64,000 bases of DNA from an uncultured Spirochaetota bacterium (GTDB taxonomy: Bacteria; Spirochaetota; Spirochaetia; SZUA-6; Fen-1364): assembly GCA_963781885.1 (NCBI GenBank), contig CAWAHW010000001.1, forward strand, positions 512,001-576,000, written 5' to 3'. Position 1 is the stretch's first letter, and each line of letters opens with the position of its first letter. Of this stretch, positions 1-9,508 are shown one piece after another. The notes beneath the pieces are model-generated. The model was not told where the DNA came from. It was given only the letters and a program-made list of their open reading frames with translations, and ran no database searches. The position numbers and the translations under genes are program-made.

Positions 1-1
1 G

Positions 2-739
2 CCGGGGGTGCTCGTCATCCAGGAGATCGGCGGCGTGGGCCGGAACATCGAGGAGCTGACGCGCCGCTTTGCCGCGGCCGGCTACGCTGCCCTGGCGCCC
101 GACCTTTTCGCGGTGGACGGCGTCCGCCTGCCCGCACTCGCGGATGAACGGATCCGCGCGGCTTTCGCGTTCGGCGCCACGCAGCCGCCGGGGGCCATGT
201 TCGATCCCGCGCTTCGGGAGGCGGCGCTGGCGAAGCTTCCCGAGACGGAGCGGCGAGCCATCGCCGAGACATACGGCCAGATGTTCTCCTATGCCCGCGG
301 GGGGAGCGCGGAGACCCTGATGGAGCCGCTTTCGCTGGGATTCCGTCACCTGCATGACGAGCGGGCGGAGACCCGGGGCCAGAAGATCGGCTGCGTGGGC
401 TTCTGCATGGGTGGCGGGTTGTCGGCGCTCCTGGCCTGCGAGGAGCCTGCCCTTTCCGGCGCCGCGGTCTTCTACGGCACGACACCGCCTGCCCCGAAGA
501 TCGCCCATATCACCTGCCCCATCATCGCCTTCTACGGCGCGAAGGATCAGCGCGTGAATGCGGGCATCCCCGGCTTCCTGGAGGGCATGCGTGCCGCGGG
601 CAAGTCATTTGAGCACCACGTCTATGAGGGGGCAGGGCACGCCTTCTTCAACGACGACGGGCCGGGCTACGAGGTGAATGCGGCCCGGGACTCATTCGCG
701 CGTCTGCTCACGTTCTTTTCCCAGACGCTCGCCACATAG
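2..739 (+). CDS. Dienelactone hydrolase family protein (5' end outside window)
   Basis: PGVLVIQEI N-terminal motif, G-x-C-x-G-G nucleophile elbow (GFCMGG), acid GAKD and His YEGAGHAF; frame open to the window start. Confidence 0.9.
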   Translation, partial: PGVLVIQEIGGVGRNIEELTRRFAAAGYAALAPDLFAVDGVRLPALADERIRAAFAFGATQPPGAMFDPALREAALAKLPETERRAIAETYGQMFSYARGGSAETLMEPLSLGFRHLHDERAETRGQKIGCVGFCMGGGLSALLACEEPALSGAAVFYGTTPPAPKIAHITCPIIAFYGAKDQRVNAGIPGFLEGMRAAGKSFEHHVYEGAGHAFFNDDGPGYEVNAARDSFARLLTFFSQTLAT

Positions 740-747
740 GAGGGGAC

Positions 748-1902
748 GTGTCTCGGGAATGCCTCGTGATGGCAAAACCCGCGGGGCCGCGCTGCAACAT
801 GCGCTGCGCGTACTGCTACTACGTGGAGAAGGAGTCTGTCCTGCCGAAAGGTCCGGGCCGACTTCCCACGGATCTCCTGGAGCGCTACATCGAGCAGCGG
901 CTCCGCGCGTCGCCCGGCCCCGTCGTTCATTTCGAATGGCACGGCGGGGAGCCGACGCTCCTGGGCCTGGACTACTTCCGCACGATCGTGCGCCTCCAGC
1001 GCACACACCTTCCGCCCGGGCGCACGGTCACCAACGGTCTGCAGACCAACGGGTACGCGGTGGACGGCGCATGGGCGGGCTTCCTGGCAGGGGAGGGTTT
1101 TTCCGTCGGCCTGAGCCTCGACGGCCCGGCGGATGTCCACGACGCGTATCGCAGAACGGCCGATGGACGGGGCACGCACGCGCGGGTCGAGCGCGCCCAT
1201 GCGCACCTGAAGGCGCGGGGCGTCTTTGTCAACCTTCTCTGCGTGATCCAGGCGCGGAATGCCTGCCAACCGGACGCGGTTTACGACTACTTCCACGGCC
1301 TGGGGGCAACGCACCTGCAATTCCTCCCCCTGGTTGGTGGCAGCCCCGGAGGTGCCTGCGCGGCGGCCCCGGAAACGGTCGGGCAATTCCTCTGCCGGGT
1401 TTTTGACCGGTGGGTGGCAGCGGACGTCGGCCGGGTGGTGATCCAGAACATCGACGAGGCGCTCCGCCCCCTTTACGGCCTGCCCCACGCTCTCTGCGTG
1501 CACCGCGAGACTTGCGGCGAAGTGGCGGTGCTGGAACGCGACGGCGGCTTCTACGCCTGCGACCATTTTGTCGACCCGGACCACCTCATTGGGAGCCTGC
1601 GTGAGAAAGCGCTGGCCGAGCTTGTCGACGACCCGCGGATGACGGCATTCGGTGATGCGAAGCGCGACGCCTTGCCGCGTGCCTGCCGTGGGTGCGACGT
1701 GCTTTCATCCTGCAACGGCGGCTGCCCGAAGGATCGCGGGGCCGCTTCCCCCGGGGAGCCCGGCGGCGTGAGCCGGCTTTGCGCCGCTTACCGGATGTTT
1801 TTCCGACACAGCAAAGCCGAGCTTACACGGCTGGCCTCTCACATGCATGACGGGCGCCCGCTCCGGGAGTTCAACCCGATCTCGACGCCTGCGGTAGTGT
1901 AA
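748..1902 (+). CDS. Anaerobic sulfatase maturase-type radical SAM/SPASM protein
   Basis: CNMRCAYC radical SAM motif, WHGGEPTL, SLDGP, Cys-rich SPASM (CDHFV, CRGC..CNGGCPK); GGAGG RBS before GTG. Confidence 0.9.
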   Translation: MSRECLVMAKPAGPRCNMRCAYCYYVEKESVLPKGPGRLPTDLLERYIEQRLRASPGPVVHFEWHGGEPTLLGLDYFRTIVRLQRTHLPPGRTVTNGLQTNGYAVDGAWAGFLAGEGFSVGLSLDGPADVHDAYRRTADGRGTHARVERAHAHLKARGVFVNLLCVIQARNACQPDAVYDYFHGLGATHLQFLPLVGGSPGGACAAAPETVGQFLCRVFDRWVAADVGRVVIQNIDEALRPLYGLPHALCVHRETCGEVAVLERDGGFYACDHFVDPDHLIGSLREKALAELVDDPRMTAFGDAKRDALPRACRGCDVLSSCNGGCPKDRGAASPGEPGGVSRLCAAYRMFFRHSKAELTRLASHMHDGRPLREFNPISTPAVV

Positions 1903-1964
1903 TTTTTTTCCTTGGAAACTTTTTTCAAGTTTCTTACCTTTTCCCTGCAAGGGGGAAAACATCC

Positions 1965-2588
1965 ATGTCCTTTTCGTCACTTGCGAACGAGCAAACAATT
2001 GCGAAAACGGTTGAAGCTGTTTCGGCGCGCGGCGTTTCGGTGGAGGTGGTCGATACCCGCATAAACGCCCTTGCGCGGGTGAAGGCTCTGATTCCCGCCG
2101 GATCAACCGTGCAGACCGGCGCATCCCTCACGCTGCGGGAGATCGGCTTCGAGGATCTCCTTGTTTCCAAGGACCACCCCTGGCAGAACCTGAAAGATGC
2201 CATTCTTGCGGAAAAGGATCCTGCGCGGCAGACACTGCTTCGGCGACAGGCCACGTTGGCTGATTACTTTCTGGGCAGCGTGCACGCCATTTCCCAGACC
2301 GGGGAGATCGTTGTCGCGAGCATGACGGGAAGCCAGCTCGGTTCTTATGCCTACGCTGCCCGGAACGTCATCTGGGTCGCGGGCGCGCAGAAGATCACTG
2401 CCACGCTGGACGAGGCCATCCGGCGCGTGAGGGAATACGTGCTGCCGCACGAGGACGAGCGGATGAGAAAGTCGAGCGGAGGCAAGATGGGCAGCATGAT
2501 CGGGAAGCTTCTGATATTCGAGCGCGAAGCACCCTTTCTGGCCAGAAGGGTCACGCTCCTGCTCGTGAAGGAATCACTCGGGGACTAG
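1965..2588 (+). CDS. LUD domain (lactate utilization LutC/YkgG-like) protein
   Basis: GAS.TL..IG, ADYFLGSVHAIS.TGEIV..S.TGSQ, VIWVAGAQKI motifs. Confidence 0.8.
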   Translation: MSFSSLANEQTIAKTVEAVSARGVSVEVVDTRINALARVKALIPAGSTVQTGASLTLREIGFEDLLVSKDHPWQNLKDAILAEKDPARQTLLRRQATLADYFLGSVHAISQTGEIVVASMTGSQLGSYAYAARNVIWVAGAQKITATLDEAIRRVREYVLPHEDERMRKSSGGKMGSMIGKLLIFEREAPFLARRVTLLLVKESLGD

Positions 2589-2597
2589 GGAGCCGCC

Positions 2598-2640
2598 GGG
2601 CGTCCAGGGGCCGGCGAGATCCCAGTCCCGCTGGACGCCC
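2598..2640. terminator. GC-rich stem-loop after the LUD gene (possible terminator or stabiliser)
   Basis: Inverted repeat gggcgtccag (2598-2607) / ctggacgccc (2631-2640); no clear U-tract. Confidence 0.4.
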
Positions 2641-2841
2641 ACCAATGATGGAAAAGTCAGTTTCTGATTACTCGTCACATATCCGCGCTCGTTTCGTCTC
2701 TGCGGCCGAGGGCCGCCGCCCCCGCATGAAAGCTGTCACGGATTGCATATAGGCGCCAGGGGGACCCGGTTGTAGTTTTGCGAGGTTTTGCGATATGCTT
2801 TCATTGATCATATTAATGAACGAAGTGGAAAAGGGAGACCC

Positions 2842-5800
2842 ATGAAAGCTGGCGCCGGCAACCGCCGTTTCTATCGTTTTGCTCTTCTTTGCTCCTTCCT
2901 CTTTCCACTGGTGCTTCTGCTGTCCGCCTGCCCGCCCCCGGTGACGGACCTGCTCGCAACGGCCGTGACCGACAAGTTGCCGCCGACAATTACGGTCACC
3001 TCCCCCGGGGCGGGCCAGACCTACACCGCCAGCGTCACCTTCACGGGAACGGTGACGGACGACGCCATCACGGCGGGCGATGGAAAAGGCACCCTGAAAA
3101 CGATCGACTACACGGTGGCCAACGACGTGCTGCGCAAAGGCAAGATCAAAATCAACACCGACGGCACGGCGACGCAGGACACCACCTTTGGCTCCGGCAC
3201 CATCACCTGGACCGCGGCCACGCATACATTCACGTTCACCATTTCCACCATCAGCCCGACGCAGCTTCGCGGCGTCGTCACCGTCAACGTCGACGCAACG
3301 GACGTCAACGGCAATCCCTCCACTTCCACGGTGCAGTTAACGGAGGGATCGGGCCCGGTCATCACGCTAACCAGCCCTGACGCTGTCAATAATCCGAACA
3401 GTCTGAAGTACACTAATCTTTCTCTTTTCACCCTGAGCGGCAAAGTGGCAAATGCATCCGACGACCCGATGCACGACGACAATATTGCATCCCTTTCCTG
3501 GGGGGTAACGGGCAAGAACTGGGGAACCTCGATCACGGTGGTGAGCGGTACAAAGAGCTATGCCGTGACAAGCACGGGTTCCCTGAGCCCCGAGCCGACC
3601 TTCAATTTTAACACGGACACCCAGGTGTTCTCCACGACGTTCACCATCCCTGTAATCAGCGACAATACGCTCATCCTGACCGTGACGGCAACTGACAAGA
3701 ACGGACATACGACCACAAGCACGAACTATCTTGTCGCGGATGTATCAGGACCCGAATTGCATTTTTCAAGTGCAACGACAGGAGTTTTTTACAGTCCCAG
3801 CCATTATATTCCCCAGCTGGTCCAGGGAAGTGCCATAGTCGTTGACCCTGTGGCATTCAAGCAATTGACATATCAGCTCGCGGCTAACGACGGTTATTTG
3901 TCCGACATTATCGATGTCACGACTTCCGTCCAGCCGGACGGATCGTTCAGCTTCCCGTTGCTTGCCACGGGCACCAAGTCTGCCACGCTTGCCAACCACA
4001 ATGGTACGGCGTCGGTAACAATTACAGCCGTCGACAGCAACAACCACCCCACGGTCTTCTCTTATCCGATCGCGATGGACAATACGCCGCCGTCGATCAC
4101 CGGGGTGTCCATCACCACGAACAACAGCTTTGACAGCACGCACACGCACACGAAGGTCGGCGACACGATCACCTTGTCCTTCCAGGCCTCCGATGCCCTT
4201 TCGGGCATGAGCGCAGACCCCGTGGTGAGCATAGCGGGCAACTCCATCACGCGGGCAGGACCGGTGGGCAGCACCTACAGCGGGCCCGTGGGCTCGACCT
4301 ACACCGTCACGTACACCCTGCAGTCGACGGATTCTGGTGATGATGCCTTCATCCCCTATGGCATCACGGCGACAGACAATGTGGGAAACACCAACAACAC
4401 GTATGCCAGCCAGACCAGCGTCATCAAGTTCTACGAAAGCCTTCCCACGGTACCGACGGTGACCATCGCCTCCACGACCAATCCTCACCCGACATGGGCA
4501 AAGCAGGGCGACACGGTGCGGCTGAGCTTTACGACGCTTCGGGACTTGAACGCGGCAGCCACGGTCACCATGGCGGGGCCGAGCATAGGGACGCAAAACC
4601 CGGTGACTCCTGTCCTTCCTGCAAGCCTGACGGCGCACAGCTACACGGCCGACTACGTGATGGCCGCGGGGGACGCGGAAGGCACTGTGCCCTTCACGAT
4701 CAGCATCGTGGATGCGGCGGGCAACACCATCGCGGCGCCGATGACGACGATCACCTCGGGGTCCAACGTGACCTATGACCGGAGCAAGCCCATCGGCTAC
4801 TCGGCGCACATCGACCAGCAGTACGTCACCACTGCAAACCTGACCACGGTCACCTTCACCTTTGCCGGGGCCGAGGTGAAGACACCCGCCACCACGTACA
4901 ATTACACAATCACGAGCTCGGGAGGGGGAACGCCGGTGAGCGGCAGCGGCAGCATCACCTCCCCCACGCAGAATGTGGCCGTCCCCACGCTCTCAGGGCT
5001 GACTGATGGCACGCTGACCCTCTCGGTGTGGCTCACGGACTACGCTGGCAACGGCACCGTTGCAGATGAGGTCTCTTCTACCGTCACAGCCGGATCCCAG
5101 ACGGTGTACCTGGACCGCGCGGCTCCTTCGATCAGCGCGGTGAGCATCACCACGAGCAACACCTTTGATAGCACGCACAAGCATACGAAGGTTGGGGACG
5201 CGATCACGCTGACCTTCAACGCCTCAGACGCGGTCTCGGGTCTCAACGGAGACCCTGTGGTGAGCATAGCGGGCCACTCGATCACACGGGGAGGGCCCAT
5301 CGGCACCTATAGCGGGGGCCCGGCCTACACGGTCACGTACGCCCTGCAGTCTGCGGATTCCGCCTATGATGAGGCCTTCATTCCCTACAGTGTCACGGCG
5401 GCGGACAACGCGGGGAACGCCAACAACACGTATGCCAGCCAGACCAGCGTCATCAAGTTCTACGAGAGCCTTCCCACGGTACCGACGGTGACCATCGCCT
5501 CCACGACCAATCCTCACCTGACATGGGCAAAGCAAGGCGACACGGTGCGGCTGAGCTTTACGACGCTTCGGGACTTGAACGCGGCAGCCACGGTCACAAT
5601 GGCGGGGCCGCCGCAAAACTCGGTGACTCCCTCTCCTGCAAGCCTGACGGCGCACAGCTACACGGCCGACTACATGATGGCCGTGGGGGACGCGGAAGGC
5701 ACTGTGCCCTTCACGATCAGCATCGTGGATGCGGCGGGCAACACCATCGCGGCGCCGGTGACGACGATCACCTCGGGGTCCAACGTTATCTATGACCGGA

Positions 5801-8770
5801 GCAAGCCCATCGGCTACTCGGCGCACATCGACCAGCAGTACGTCACCACTGCAAACCAGGGCTCTGTCACCTTCACCTTTGCCGGCGCCGAGGTGGCGAC
5901 TCCTGCCACCACGTACAATTACACAATCTCGAGCTCGGGAGGGGGAACGCCGGTGAGCGGCAGCGGCAGCATCACCTCCGCCACGCAGAATGTGGCCGTC
6001 CCCACGCTCTCAGGATTTAATGATGGCACGCTGACCCTCTCGGTGTGGCTCACGGACTACGCGGGCAACGGCACCGTTGCAGATGAGGTCTCTTCTACCG
6101 TCACAGCCGGTTCCCAGACGGTGTACCTGGACCGAGGTGCTCCTTTGATCAGCGGGGTGAACATCACCACGGACAACACCTTTGATAGCACGCACAAGCA
6201 TACGAAGGTTGGGGACGCGATCACGCTGACCTTCAACGCATCGGATGCGACCTCGGGTCTCAACGGAGACCCGGTGGTGAGTATAGCGGGCCACTCGATC
6301 ACGCGGGGCGGGCCCATCGGTACCTATAGCGGGGGCCCGGCCTACACGGTCACGTACATGCTGCGGTCCGTGGATTCCGCCTATGATGAGGCCTTCATCC
6401 CCTACAGTGTCACGGCGGCGGACAACGCGGGGAACCCCAACACCACGTATGCCAGCCAGACCAGCGTCATCAAGTTCTACGAGAGCCTTCCCACGGTGAC
6501 GCCCGTGACCATTGCCTCCACGACCAATCCTCACCCGACATGGGCAAAGCAAGGCGACACGGTGCGGCTGAGCTTCACGACGCTTCGGGACTTGAACGCG
6601 GCAGCCACGGTCACCATGGCGGGGCCGAGCATAGGGACGCAAAACCCGGTGACTCCTGTCCTTCCTGCAAGCCTGACGGCGCACAGCTACACGGCCGACT
6701 ACGTGATGGCCGCGGGGGACGCGGAAGGCACTGTGCCCTTCACGATCAGCATCGTGGATGCGGCGGGCAACAGCCTGGCGGCGCCGGTGACATCCACCAC
6801 CGACTCATCAACCGTGACCTATGACCGGAGCAAGCCCACTGGCTACTCGGCGCACATCGACCAGCAGTACGTCACCACTGCAAACCAGGGCTCTGTCACC
6901 TTCACCTTTGCCGGCGCCGAGGTGGCGACTCCTGCCACCACGTACAATTACACAATCTCCAGCTCGGGAGGGGGAACGCCGGTGAGCGGCAGCGGCAGCA
7001 TCAGCTCCCCCACGCAGAATGTGGCCGTCCCCACGCTCTCAGGATTTAATGATGGCACGCTGACCCTCTCGGTGTGGCTGACGGACTACGCGGGCAACGG
7101 CACCGTTGCAGATGAGGTCTCTTCTACCGTCACAGCCGGATCCCAGACGGTGTACCTGGACCGCGCGGCTCCTTTGATCAGCGGGGTGAGCATCACCACG
7201 GACAACACCTTTGACAGCACGCACACGCACACGAAGGTGGGGGACACGATCACGCTGATCTTCAGCGCTTCAGATGGAGTCTCGGGTCTCAACGGAGACC
7301 CGGTGGTGAGCATTGCGGGCCACTCGATCACGCGGGGAGGGCCCATCGGCACCTATAGCGGGGGCCCGGCCTACACCGTGACCTACAAGCTGAAGTCGTC
7401 GGATTCTGCCTATGATGATGCCTTCATCCCCTACAGTGTCACGGCGGCGGACAACGCGGGGAACCCCAACACCACGTATGCCGGCCAGACCAGCGTCATC
7501 AAGTTCTACGAAAGCCTTCCCACGGTGACGCCCGTGACCATTGCTTCCACGACCAATCCTCACCCGGCATGGGCATTGAAGGGCGATAACGTACGGCTGA
7601 GCTTCACGACGCTTCGGGACTTGAACGCGGCAGCCTCGGTCACCATGGCAGGCCCGAGCATAGGGCCGCAAAACTCGGTGACTCCCTCTCCTGCAAGCCT
7701 GACGGCGCACAGCTACACCGCCGACTACGTGATGACCGCGGGGGACGCGGAAGGCACGGTGCCCTTCACGATCAGCATCGTGGATGCGGCGGGCAACGCC
7801 ATCGCGGCGCCGGTGACGGCGATCACCTCGGGGTCCAACGTGACCTATGACCGGACCAACCCCGTATTTGCTGCTTCGAACGCCATCGCTCTCAACTCAA
7901 CGAACGATACGGCAACCGTCACATTCTCCGACACGAATGGTGCCTACGGCTTCGGCGGAGGAAAGATTACAGATATTACAAGCTTGATAATCAAGGACAC
8001 GACCGCTTCATCAACGGCAACCGTCACGGCAATAAGTCAAACGAATGCCGGAGATCTGACGATCAGCGTCACAATCAGTTCCTGGTCCAGTGGCGCGCCG
8101 ACGACCGGCCACGCACTCACGGTAGATGTTGCCGACGCCACCAAGGTTTTTGACGCAGCAGGAAATGCCTTGCAGCCGGGTACTCCGGGTACCGGAACAA
8201 AAAAGATTGCGGTCGTGGGTGCAGCCGTGCAAACCAGCTCCGCGCGCTCGCCGGTTGCAGCGATCGGCAGCATTGCCGCCCCCACCTTCTCCGGGGCGGG
8301 CGCCCTTGCCCCGACCAGAGCGACCCAGCTGACCTCGGCGCAGACTGCCGTGCTGGCAACATCCGTTTCGCGCGCGCCTTCCCCGGCCGGACCAGTTTGT
8401 GGACTTGATTCACACGCCCATTCCCGCAGCGGCCACGGCACCTGGCGCAATCGCTTCGGCGACTGCTCCCGCAGCGGTCCCCGCGGCCAGCGTAGCTCCG
8501 CAGCCGGCGGCGCAGTCCATGACGGCAGTCCCGTCATCGGTCGCGGCGGCATCGACGTCAATCGCGATGGCGCCTACCGCGACGGAGCGCGCGGTGCAGG
8601 CAGAGGCGTCACCTGCGCAGTCGCTGGCAGCGCCCGGCGTCACGCATCAGGCCGCACCGCCGCTGCAGCCGGCGTGGTGGGCCCTTCTGCTAGGAGCCCT
8701 CGCGGTGGCGCTGGTCGTGGCGGGAGCATGGAGAGGACTGAAGATTATTCGGGACCGGGGTCGAAAATAG
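2842..8770 (+). CDS. Giant Ig-like repeat surface lipoprotein (~1975 aa) with C-terminal TM anchor; one +1 frameshift near 8381-8384
   Basis: AAGGGAG RBS, ATG at 2842, lipobox LVLLLSA-C; Thr/Ser-rich beta-sandwich repeats (D.AGN motifs); removing one C in cccc 8381-8384 joins frame 8399..8770, giving an Ala/Pro linker, WWALLLGALAVALVVAGAW and a basic tail. Confidence 0.8.
4075..7856 (+). repeat. Intragenic tandem repeat, ~3.7 copies of a ~1.03 kb (three Ig-like domain) unit
   Basis: DSTH(T/K)HTKVGD codons start at 4132, 5167, 6184 and 7213 (periods 1035, 1017, 1029 bp); long near-identical DNA stretches; the fourth copy lacks the third domain. Confidence 0.95.
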
Positions 8771-8794
8771 AAAAGGCAGCGATAGCAAGTCCGG

Positions 8795-9436
8795 CTAAAG
8801 CTCCCACCAGTCGTCCCAGAGATATCCTTGCTGGACGATGTAGCGGGTGTCCCACGCCTCGACCTTGCCGTTGGAAAAGATGACGGGGAACCAGCCCCAC
8901 TTCCAGTTGCTCCAGAGATCGATGCTCGTCTTGCCGTAGGTGTCCATGACCTTTACCACGCCCGTCGACCGGTCATGCGCGGTGATGCGCATGTGCTGAA
9001 TGTCGAGGCTTACCTGGGCATGCTTTTGAAAAACGTATGCTGAGTAATGTTCGATGGTTCCCCAGGGAAACTCGTATTGATTGATCTGCTTGCGCAGCAC
9101 GCAGTTCGCATCCTCATTCGGCCCATAGCTCGTCGTGGAGCGGGAAACAGGCGTCTCCTGGGAGACGGCGGAAAGCTGCACGAACTTTGAATAGCCCGAT
9201 CCGAACGCGCCCTGCAGCAGGGAGGTGAGGCCGGCAACAAGCGCGCTTTGGTCGCCGCCCGATGCGGTGCCGTCCGTCGATTGCGCGACAAGCGCCTCTG
9301 CCTGCGGACGGAGGCTGTCGAGGACCGCTTGTTCCTCCGCGGTCACCGCGACGCCGTTCCAATTCGCCTGCATCTGACATGCAGAAACCACCACGAGAGC
9401 AGCCAGCACGGCGATGAGCCGGAGCTTCATGTTCAT
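8795..9436 (-). CDS. Hypothetical lipoprotein, Trp-rich C-terminus
   Basis: GGAGG RBS; lipobox LVVVSA-C; no recognised family. Confidence 0.75.
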   Translation of the reverse strand: MNMKLRLIAVLAALVVVSACQMQANWNGVAVTAEEQAVLDSLRPQAEALVAQSTDGTASGGDQSALVAGLTSLLQGAFGSGYSKFVQLSAVSQETPVSRSTTSYGPNEDANCVLRKQINQYEFPWGTIEHYSAYVFQKHAQVSLDIQHMRITAHDRSTGVVKVMDTYGKTSIDLWSNWKWGWFPVIFSNGKVEAWDTRYIVQQGYLWDDWWEL

Positions 9437-9508
9437 GGGCGCGCCTCCTATGATTGTTCTGCCGGGAGAATACCATTGCCAGCAACGCGCTGTAAAGCGC
9501 GGCGCCTC

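Noticed and set aside
748-1902. Radical SAM/SPASM enzyme as a RiPP maturase
   Set aside because: Motifs fit the sulfatase-maturase type and no precursor peptide is evident; a sulfatase may lie outside the window.
2733-2748. Sigma54-like promoter (TGTCACG-GA-TTGCA) before the giant gene
   Set aside because: Lacks the invariant GG and has wrong -24/-12 spacing.
4075-7856. Long repeats as CRISPR, DGR or mobile element
   Set aside because: Units are ~1 kb, in frame and without spacers; no cas, reverse transcriptase or transposase is present, and differences do not look adenine-specific.
8400-8883. Arg/Gly-rich C-terminus of the 2031-aa ORF
   Set aside because: Wrong-frame read-through that overlaps the convergent lipoprotein gene; the alternative frame gives a coherent TM anchor.
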